DNA of 64,000 bases, taken from assembly GCF_006345805.1 (NCBI RefSeq), contig NC_043005.1, positions 96,162,001 through 96,226,000 of the forward strand. Direction: 5' to 3'. The stretch is from Octopus sinensis (Eukaryota). The position numbers and the translations under genes are program-made. Positions 38,654-50,342 of this stretch are shown piece by piece. Position 1 is the first letter of the stretch, and every line of letters begins with the position of its first letter. A model generated the notes under the pieces. The model was not told where the DNA came from. It did no database searches and saw nothing but the letters and a program-made list of their open reading frames with translations.

Positions 38654-41600
38654 AAGAAATAATATTTGTCCCTTTTTATGGAAACAAAAGTGTATATAGG
38701 ACTGCAAAAAAAAAGTGCTCAAATGTTAATGAGACAAAGATAAGGAAACATTGGTCATAGAACAAACATTAAATTCGAGACAACGACTTTATATATAACA
38801 CCATACCTCAAACATTTAATCATATACAAATATCACCGTGGTTCTTAAACATATAAAAATCTAGAAAAGCACTCGGAAAGCACAGACCTCCGCCAAGCAG
38901 TTCATTTTAAGATAGATACACGAGTAAAATTACTAATAGAGAAACGAAAATAAACTTTGGAAACAGCGATGCCACCATAGGTTACGTGGAAATAATGAAC
39001 GTGTTTTCAAGGGAGATAATCAAAGAACGTAACATTGTAATACTTCATGTAAAGTAAATATAACAAATGAAAAATTCTTCAAGAAACCATAAAAATTCCT
39101 GGATCACTATCAAAATTTCATCATCTGTTTCTTGTGTTATTACCAACTTTTCCTGCAAGTTTCATCAAATACTGTTCACAACTTTTTGAGTTATTTTGCA
39201 CACAGATGGACAAACCAATGCTGATGAAAACATAACCTCCTTCTTTGGCGGAGGTAAAAATATACATACACATAAAAACACAGAACGTAAAAATTTATAT
39301 GGGAATAAAATACAAATAGAACAGCCTATCAAAAAGGTAAATATAAACGACTAAAAATTCATTAAAATTCCTAAGTGTGCCATACTACCAAAAAACTAAT
39401 AAACTAAGATAAAGTAAAATATCAAATGACTAAAAATGTTTTATCAAGCAATTAAGAATAGTTTAAAAAGGTTTTTTTACTCCCCTCACACAAAGTATGT
39501 CTAAAGTTCAATTTTTATAACCATGGTAGGTTAGAGTTCATGAGCAAACAGACTTTCACAAAGGCAAATGTAGTGGTGCAACAATACTGTAGACAGGGCC
39601 ATTAAAGCAAAGAAACAGACCTGGAAGAGTAGGGGCAACAGGGAAGGGAAGCTAGGAGACAGGTATACCTAGCCAAAGGAGAAGTAGAGAAGAAGAAGTC
39701 TGCCAATGTTCAGTGTCATGAGGACAAAAAAACTGAATTATTTCAGCTTGCAAGACAGTGCGTGAGAGAAAACTGTGATGTCATAGGAGAGAAATGTGCT
39801 TGTATGGATGATGGTGCACCTGCTTTTACTAAATCTGCAAAGAAAGGGGCTTAGAGATACCATTATGAAAGACCGCTGAATGTGGAGAATGAATGGGAGG
39901 AGGAGAGCCTGCCGAATCCTGGTAGATAAAGCAATTAAGGATATGAAGACAGGGAAAGCTTCCGGCCCATCAGGAATCACTGCTGAGATGCTTAAAATAT
40001 CTGGCAGTTTGGGTTATGGTCAAGTCACCTGTATTGTAAATCAGGTGGTTCATGAAGGAGTCTGGTGTAGTAGCACCATAGTCAACTGCTACAAAGATAA
40101 AGATGATGCCTTAGACAGAAATAATTACAGAAGTGTCAAATTGTTCGATCAGGTGATGAAAGTTGCAGAGAGAATGCAGTTTGGTTTTGTGTCAGGTAGA
40201 AGCACCATTGATGCTATATTTCTGGTAAGGCAACTGCAGGAGAAATACCTAGCTAAGGATAAACCTCTGTACTTGGCTTTTGTTGACTTGGAGAAAGCTT
40301 TTGACAGAGACCCCACTGATACCTTATCTGGTGCTCAATGTGGAAACTAAGGATAGACGAGAGGTTGGTGAGAGCCTCATACAGGGATGCTACCTGTAAG
40401 GTGAAAGTGGGCAATGAGTACAGTGAAGAATTCAGGGTACAAAGAGGGGTTCACCAAGGATTGGTGCTTAGCCCCCTTTTGTTCATCATAGTCCTCCAGG
40501 CAATAACAGAAGAATTCAAAACAGGTTGCTCCTGGGAGCTCCTCTATGCTGATGAGCTTGTTCTTATAGCTGAATCCCTACCAGAACTACAGAAGAAGAT
40601 CCAGGTATGGAAGCAAGCTCTAGAATTAAAGGGCCTTAGAGTTAACCAAGCAAAAACCAAAGTCATAGTAAGTAAGAAGGCAGACAAATCACATATCCCT
40701 TCAGGTAGACGGTCCTGTTCAATCTGTAGAAAGGGTGTAGGTAGAAACTCCATAAGATGCAGCCAGCCTAATCTTTGGATGCATAAAAGGTGTAGCAACA
40801 TCAGAGGAAGGTTGACAGGGAGACTAACTTTTATATGTGGAAGGTGCACAGGGGCAATAAACACTGAAAATGTGCAGAAAATAGACTCCATCAACTAAAG
40901 GTAGTAGGTAGTTTCTGTTATCTAGGCGACCAAGTTAGTAGTGGAGGTGGATGCTCTAAGAGTGTAGCTGTGAGAATAAGATCAGGCTGAGCAAAATTCA
41001 GAGAGCTCCTACCCCTGCTGGCAACAAAGGGCCTCTCTCTCAGAATGAAAGGCAGATTGTTTGATGCCTGTGTGCGAACAGCCATGCAGCATGACAGTGA
41101 AACATGGGCTATGACAGCCAAGGACATGCGTAGGCTTGAGAGAAATGAAGCCAGTATGCTTTGCTGGATGTGCAATGTCAGTGTGCATGTTTGACAAAGT
41201 GCAAGCATCTTGAGAGAAAAGTTAGGCATAAGAGGAATCAGATGTGGTATGCAAGAGAGACGACTGCACTGGTATGGTCATATGATGCGTATGGACGAGG
41301 ACAGCTGTGTAAAGAAGTACTGATCTCTAACTGTGGAAGGAACCTGTGGTAGAGGTAGACCCGGGAAAACATGGGACAAGGTGGTGAAGCATGATCTTTG
41401 AACTTTAAGCCTTAAAGAGGCAATGACTGGTGACTGAGATCTTTGGCAATGTGCTGTGCTTGAGAGGACTTGTCAAGCCAAGAGCATCAATGCTGGTGGC
41501 ACATAAAGAACATCTTTTGAATGTTGGGCCTCCTGGAGGCAAAGTGACTGAGTTCCTTTCAAGCATTGAGCTTCATAGAGGCAAAGTGGCTAAGTTCCTT

Positions 41601-43279
41601 TCAAGTGTTGGGCCTCCTGGAGGCAAGGTGGTTGAGTTTCTTTTGAGTGTTGGGCCTCATGGAGACAACAACTAAGACCTTTGGTATTATGTCATGCTTG
41701 AGAAGAATAACCATCAAGCCATGCAAAATCGCAGTCATGGCAGATACTGGTGTCACACAAATTAGCACCTATGCTAGTGGCACATAAATGCACTCTGGTG
41801 TCATGTAAATGGCACTCATACCTGCGGCACATAAAAGTACACATTACACTCTCGGAGTGGTTGGCATTAGGAAAGGCATCCAGCTGTAAAAAACCATGCC
41901 AAATCAGACTGGAATCTGGTGCAACCTTCCAGTGTGCCAGCCCAGTCAAACTGCCCAACTCATGCCAGTATTGACAACAGATGTTAAATGATGATGATGA
42001 TGATGATAACATGCCTTTTCAAGTATATTAAATCCCCACATCTCCCAGTCCCTTGTCATTTCGTCAGTCGGGCCCAGTATTTGAAGATCCTTTCTCACCA
42101 CTTCGTCCTATCCATACACACACACAAACTCACCCCACCACCATCATCATCATCCTTTAATGTCCGTTCTCCATGCTAGTATGGGTTGGACAGTTCGACC
42201 GGGGTCTAGGCAGCTAGGAGGCTGCACCAGGCTCCAGTCTGATCTGGCAGTGTTTCTACATCTGGATGCCCTTCCTAACGTCAACCACTCCATGAGTGTA
42301 GTGGGTGCTTTTTACGTGCCAGGCAAGGCTAGCAACGGCCACGATCGGTTGGTGCTTTTTATGTGCCACCAGCACAGAAGCCAGTCAAGGCGGTGCTGGT
42401 AACAGCCACGTTCAGATGGTGCTTTTTACGTGCCACTGGCACAGGTGCCAAGGGAGGCTGGCAACGGCCACGACTGGTTGGTGGTTTTTACGTGCCACCA
42501 GCATGGAAGCCAGTCAGGTGGCGCTGACATCGACCACGAACGGATGGTGCTTTTTACGTGCACTAGCACAGGTGCCAGGGGAGGCTGGCACCGTCCACGA
42601 TCGGTTGGTGCTTTTTATGTGCCACCGGTACGGAAGCCTGTCAAGGCAGCACTGGCATATATATTATATAGACACAAACTTGGGTTTACAAGCAAGAAGA
42701 AAACATACTCAATACAATAACAAAGTATAAATATTCCTACACCTTGTTTAAAGCACCAAAAAGGAAAAACAGTGAAAGTAAAGAACTGACCCGTAGAGTA
42801 GTTACTGCATAGTCTTCTTCGCTATTATTGTACACTATATTCACATAGTCGTTACCAATGTGACGTTTTTTGTTATTTCGAAGTTTATCATTTTTCATGT
42901 TTGGCATCAATGTGGCTATATGGAAGATGACTGAAACAAGTGAAAAAAAAAAAAAAAGTAATCACATGATCAATGATTATTATAATTAATTTATATATAC
43001 ATGTGTGTATTTGCATTTCCTCTAAGAATCTATAAGTCAAAAAAATAGGCACTCATATGTTTGTTAATAGAGAGGATATATTAATCAAAGTCTATGTTAT
43101 TAGAAATCCATTTTATCTTATCTATCAGTTTCACATTGGATATTAGGTAACAGGGCAGTAATCTAAACACACATGCTCTTTGGAGATGGTTGGTATGGAA
43201 TAAATATGCTATCTAATATCCAGTTTGAAACCAGTTGGAAAGATTCGCTTAAATGGACCTACAATATTGTATGCTTTGA

Positions 43280-43342
<63 letters not shown>

Positions 43343-46300
43343 GCTGTACCAGTGCTTGCTTGAGTTTCTAAAATAACTAAAATAAATATAACCAGGAGTT
43401 CACTACTTGGATAAATTGGCTGAAAAAGCAACAGACAATCTTCAGTTCATCCCAAAATGTTGATTTTCTCAAAATTACTGCAGGCGAATCATCCAGATGG
43501 TTTAAGATGAACTTCACAATAATGTGCAAAGTAAGCAAACAAACAAATAAATAAATAAATATGGAACCTAAAACAAAGTCTTGTTTTTACATACATTTAA
43601 AAAATATTTTCTCAGACAACCTGCATTTTCTTCAAAATGCTCTTCTAATTTACATAATTATTTTAAATTAATTATCTTTCTAATTATGAAAAATTTTCCA
43701 ATTTCTACTGCCCTGCTTGGAGTATACAATACTTTTAGTTTCCGTCAGAAGCAAAAAAAAACAAAAAAACTAGCAAAATACACAGAATAAAGAATTAGTT
43801 TATTAGAATTAATAACTATGTTTTTACCTTGCATGAATTCATCATGCCAGCTGTAGGTAAATTGGCCGTCTGATTTTTCCCGTCCATCAAGTCCACCAAG
43901 AAAAACACATTTTCCATCTGTGTCTTTTAAGTGTATTAGTTGTCCCAAGCTTTCTATGAACTTCTGGTACCGATTTGATCCATGTTGGTTGGATAGAATA
44001 TCTACTTCACTATTGCACTGGTGAAAGACAAATAAAGAAAATAGTTTAATATAGTTTCCAGATTAAAAAAAAAAATAGTTGTCAGCATTGTAAAGAGGAA
44101 TAGTAATCTGTAATTTTGTTCTGCCTATTGAAGCATTGTATATTTCAGTGTTAAGCTTTAGACAACATTAACTATGGAATGATATCAAAGACATAACTGA
44201 AATCTCCAACAATGAAGCAAGTTTGAGTATTGTGTTTTAAACAGCCTTAACTACTAAAGACATAATGAAACACTTTAATGTACTGAAACAAAAATAAGAA
44301 GATCTATAAAGCTAACAACAACAACTAAGATCTTCTCTGGTGAACAAAGAGGTTGTAAATGTGGGTCATAAGGATGCAGGGATCAACTGCTGATTAAGAA
44401 GATGATTCTTGACAATTGTCACAGCAGGAAAAAAAAAACCATCTCTTAGTGACCTGGATAGACCATAAGAAATTTTTGATTGTCTTCCTAACAGCTGGAT
44501 AGAGGAATGCCTGGAAGCATTCAAAATTTCATGAGTAATCAGGAATTTTGTATGTTATGTCATGAAACTCTAGAAAACAACACAAATTCTCAATACTGAT
44601 ACTACAAGAATAAAGTCAGGAATAAAGTCCTTTGTTATTCTGTTTAGCACTACTTCCTATAAGCAAAATTCTGAATGAAACAAATTATGGATACAAGCGG
44701 TATGAAAAAATGTCAATCAACTTCTTATGGATGACTTAAAACTGTTTGCAAAAAGCGATCAACAACTGCAGGTACTCTTTCACACACTCAATTTAGTGAT
44801 TACTTCAAAATGGAATTTGGGCTTGACGAATCCAGCAAGGCCACATTTATCAAGGGAAATTCATCAAGAATATGCAACACCAGTATAGATAGATATACTG
44901 AAATAAAAGAATTAGAACCTGAGAGCAGTTATAAATATCTAGGAGTATGTGAAAGAGATGGGATCAAATACTCATTAATGAGAGAAAAAATAAGAAAAAA
45001 GTGCTATTGGAGGGTAAGAGATATTCTGAAAACCCAATTTGAATGCCAAAAACAAAATTGAGGCCATAAGCACGCTGGCCATGCCAGTAATCACATATAG
45101 CTTCAATGTTACAAACTGATCCATCTCTGATTTCAACAAAGGTGATGTCAAAATCCGAAAGTTGAAGAAAATTCATTGTGTGCATCACCCAAAAGCTGAC
45201 AGTGACAAAATAAGGTGATTGGAGATTAATACAATCTCAACTCTCATTGAAAATTGCAACCATGGGACTTTCTGCCATTCTGCAATACACAAATGACTGG
45301 ATGTTAAAACTGGTTCTGAAACATGAACATAAAGAGAGACAAAATGTTACCAAGCATTTTGTCTGGTGTCCCAACAATTCTTTGCCAGCACACTGAACAA
45401 CATCATCATCATCATCGTTTAACGTCCGCTTTCCATGCTAGCACGGGTTGGACGATTTGACTGAGGTCTGGTGAACCAGATGGCTGCACCAGTCTCCAAT
45501 CTGATCTGGCAAAGTTTCTACAGCTGGATGCCCTTCCTAACGCCAACCACTCCGAGAGTGTAGTGGGTGCTTTTATGTGCCACCAGCATGGGGGCCAATC
45601 AGGCAGTAGTGGCAACGGCCATGCTCAAATGGTGCTTTTTATGTGCCACCTGCACAGGAGCCAGTCCAGCGGCACTGGTGACTACCTCGCTCGAATGGTG
45701 CTTTTATGTGCCACCTGCACAGGAGCTAGTCCAGTGGCACTGGCAACGACCTCGCTCGAATGTTTTTTCATGTTCCACCAGCACAAGTGCCAGTAAGGCA
45801 ACGTAGGTAACGGGCGACGCAAGTAACAATAATAACAAATACCTGAAAAAATTGAATAACTCATTTACCTGATTCTCACCAACATATAACACACCAATTT
45901 TGTGCGTTTCATAGGATGGAATAAAGTCTAAGATATCTAATGATCGTTGTGTATCCTGTGAAATAAAAATGGAAAAAAAACACAAATTATTCAAGAAAAA
46001 TTGCTTCAAAAGCTGTTATGATACTTATTTACTAAATTGCTTCCTTCTATATAGATTAAATATTTATACTAGCTCAGTTTTCTCTCACGACTCCTTTGTA
46101 CTGTCATTCATGCATATATACATATATATATATATGCCATTACTCTGTGTATATGTGCATGCACATGATAGCACACAACAGAAAATAGAGAATAACAGAA
46201 ACCAATAAAGTGGTATCAAAGTGAAGACTGACAGAACTGTAAAAAATTTCAAATTTAATGAGGGAGGCAAAAGAGATATTGTGACATCCATACACCTCTC

Positions 46301-49300
46301 AGGAGTATTAGTGACATAAGCAGAATCACAAAAGTGTTACCTCCCAAAACTGAAACCAGCTCCTGGAATCACCAATTTGTCAGAGTACTTGTTAACGCAT
46401 TGATAAAAAAAAGAATGGATAAGTTATATGGATCAAGAAGTAAGCAATTTTTTGTTCTCTAAGGCAGCAGTTCCTAACCAAAGGTATAGGAATCAAAGGC
46501 TGGGGATACGTGACTTTATCTCAAGTATCATTTTGCACAGAAAAAAAAAGATAAAAGAAAAATCCTTTGCCCCTATTCTATTTCAGGTTAACCTTAGTTT
46601 GTAGTGAAAATGGTACACTCCTTCCCACATGACAAAGTGGTATGAGGTTCCATTATAAAGTCAGTTAGTCTTTGTAGGGGGTCAGTAGAAGTAGAGCCAT
46701 TGTACGAGTTCTCAGTTGGAGTTAGTGTCAGTTAAGTGATATATACAAGTTCTAGTTACATCAAGGGAGACGTTTCAAAGTTGTTGTCTTGCGGGGCTAT
46801 CAGCAATAGCATGATAGATGAGTCAAAGATAAGACATGGAATACCGTCACAACATAATAGTGGAAACAAGAATATTACACTACCAATGACAACATACTAG
46901 TGGACAAGGATCCACATTATAACACCTTATTTAAAATAAAACTAAGCCATTAGTATCTTTGGAAACCATACAGGTACCTTATGGGACTGGCAGAGATCAT
47001 GGTGATTTCAACAGTCTGATGAAGGAGTAGTGGGATATATTGAACTTTGGGGGTCTGAAATCATAAAAATAATTAAGATCCACTGCTCTAAGGAAAGGCA
47101 GGAATATCGGAGCTTTTTGAGTACCCTGTATCTGATGGTTGTAGCAATGATGGTTGTTGTTAGTCCAGTAATCAAAGACTACCAACAGCCCCAGTTTTCT
47201 ATTGCTTTCTTCATATCAACAGGAAGACATTAAGTGAGCCTTGCAAGATGTGAAAACACTCATCAATTTGACAGTGCTGCTGCTGCTGGCTTACAGCAGT
47301 GAAGTACTGTGTCACCTGACAGGGCCTACTCACAGTTAGGTGAACTCAGCCACTGTGTATTAAGTATTTCCATCATAGCCAATGTGATGGCAGTTTCAGG
47401 TATGATCCGGTGAATTTTGGAATCAATACCCAATCCATTTGGCCCTTCACACGCTTTAATTTGTGTCTGGCCAAAAGAAATTAATATATAAAGAAAAAAA
47501 GAAACTCACCTGATTGTTGGGTAATAGCAAAGGAATGTCAGGAGGTGACAAGAATATTAACCCATCATACAATTGGAGAAAGACAAAGCTGGGGTCAATA
47601 CCACCCTTTACTTCATCCTTTTCTTCTTTCGTCTTCTGTTGACTGTCTTGCTGCACTTTCTTTAGGTTCTGGTAGGTGTGGTGTGGTGATGGAATTGATA
47701 TTGTCTGACCACGTGGCCTGTGTGGAACTATGGACTCTAAAGAACCATGCTCATCAAAATCATCAGGATCCACATGAGTCGGTGCCACCTTCATACTCAT
47801 TAGTCTTGGTCTGTATCCCGGATCATCATTATAGTAACTACTTGGAATTGGCAAAGGTGGAGTTTGTTGGCGTTTTGGCTGGACTTGTTGCAGCTGTGAC
47901 TGAGAATACTAAAGGATTTAAGAAGAATTGTGATTAATGAGAATATGCCTTCTAAATAGTCTTGGATATGTTTAATTTTCAAAAGTTTGAATAACAATGA
48001 CAGTACCTTCAATGTCTTACATTTAGCACTACCATTTTCTTATTATCATAGAACTTTATTTAAGCATAAATGCTACAGGTCATATCACCCTTATGACCCT
48101 CATCATTAAAGATCCATGTTCTACGCTGGTATGGGTTGGTCAGTTTGACAGGCCCTGATGGTTCCATGGCCTGAATTGTGCTCCAGTGTTTGCTTTAGCA
48201 TGGTTTCTATGTCCCTCTGAATTGTTCCTGGTACTGTGCATCTCTCTTGTACTCTGTTCACATGCACTTCAGATCATCTTTGTTGCCAACTATTACCTCC
48301 CTGACCCATTTCTATTTCCTACCTTCTTCCTTCACCCAAACTGATATTCATCACTGACCATGCTTCACCCATATTCCCCATTCATTGCATTTATCTTTAT
48401 CCATCTGCCAGTTTCCTTTCACATTCTCACAAACCTAACATTCCATTCACCCTCTTTGATCCTCTGACCACTTCTCTCTTATATTCACTTTCCTACAAAT
48501 TGAGGATATAACCTAACACATCCTCAAAACTCCCTTTTCCCAACTGGGGTACCCATATATCTCCTCTACAGCAAGACACTTGCTCCTATCTCTCAATCAT
48601 ACTTTAACTTCTCATCACTTGGCATAAAACCACCTCCCTCAATACTACACTCTCCACTCAGTTGCAAGGTCTTGTCTTGTGACCTGGCAATCTCAATAGT
48701 GCTGATGCCATGAAAAAAAAAAGCACCCAGTATACACTTGTAAAGCGGTTGGTGTTAGGAAAGGCATCCAGCCATAGAAACCAGGCCAAAGTAGACACTG
48801 GGAGCTTGGTGCTGTTGAACCATCTAACCCATGCCAGCCTGGAAAATGGATGTTAAACAATGAAGATGATGATAATGTACATGAGTTCAAGTTGTGGAGG
48901 AGGTAGCAGTTGATAAAAACCAATCCCAGCACTTGGCTGGATAATTTCTTTCTCAAGAAATTAAAAGAGGTAAAATTAACCTCTACAAAATTTGAACTTT
49001 AACTATGTAGACTCATAACCAAATACCACAAAAGACTTTGTTCAATGTTTCACCAATACTACCTTTCCCATCCATAACAAGATTTCATTAGAAATTCAAC
49101 ATTATATAAATAAAAAGAACAATTTACACAATTACAAAAATTTAGCAAATGAATGTAAAAGATTGTCTGAAATTAACATTTTGGGCGACAGTGAATTAGA
49201 TTAACCATGTAAATGAATTAACTAAATCTAAATTATTTTCATGGAGCTAATTGACAGATATATTACAAAATATTTAAAAAATATATTTTTAAATATTTTA

Positions 49301-50292
49301 CATCAACTGAAAATATTTTTTCAAAAAATGTTTAAAATAAGAGATTAACCCTCTCACCATGAGAAAATATGAAACAAGGAAGTTTATTTCAATAAACACC
49401 TTACATGTTAATGCTCACTAACCCTTTGGAACTGTTGCAATAAAACTATCATCATCATCGTTTAACATCTGCCTTCCATGCTAGCATGGGTTGGACAATT
49501 TTGACTGAGGGCTGGTGAACCAGATGGCTGCACCAGGCTCCAATCTTGATCTGGCAGAGTTTCTACAGCTGGATGCCCTTCGTAACGCCAACCACTCCGG
49601 CATGGGGGCCAGTCAGGCGGTACTGGCAATGACCTCGCTCGAATCTTTTTACATATGCCACCGGCACAGGTGCCAGTAAGGCAACGTTTGTGCTAATTAC
49701 AATAAGTCATAAGGAAGTGCAAAGGGATTAACTTAACCATTCAGCATTCAGATTATTCTGACAAATGTATTCATTCACCCTGCTTTGGATTAATTATGCA
49801 TTATCTCATAGCATTGAGATTTTGATGATGTGACTGTTTATTTTTAGAATGACATTGTAGGTAAGTGTGAGAGGCCAGATCTGACTGGTTTGAACACAAA
49901 ACAGATAGAATATTTGGGTTGGATTATGGCCTTAATCCAAAAGGATTAAAGGCTATTTTGGTTGGTGAGAGAGTTAATGCAATCATTACACCATGACATA
50001 TATTAATAATAACAATAATTATGATAATTATTACTGTAATTACAATAAAATGAAATAAAAACAATACAAGCTGCAGCTGATATGAGAATATCAAATAAAA
50101 TAAAATAAAAAATAAAAAAGTAAAATTAAGTGCAGAGTAAATAAAAATAAATTAGAGGACTACTTCAAGTTTGTGTGTTTGTATGTGTCAGGCTTCTTGC
50201 TTTAGAAGAGATCAACACCATCCATAGGTATTTATTATTAATGATGAATCTATACTAAGACATTCTGTACAAATACATCACCATGTATATAT

Positions 50293-50342
<50 letters not shown>

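Noticed and set aside
39880-40898. Active, intact retrotransposon
   Set aside because: 5'-truncated with no endonuclease, frameshifted, and the catalytic YADD reads YADE.
42300-42658. CRISPR-like appearance of the repeated hairpin units
   Set aside because: The units are degenerate and the 'spacers' are similar to each other; the context is eukaryotic with no cas genes.
42160-42730. ORFs overlapping family-A SINEs (also 407-818, 12333-13307, 45412-45864, 61342-61826, 63625-63900)
   Set aside because: The same peptides recur wherever the repeat occurs, so they are repeat-derived.
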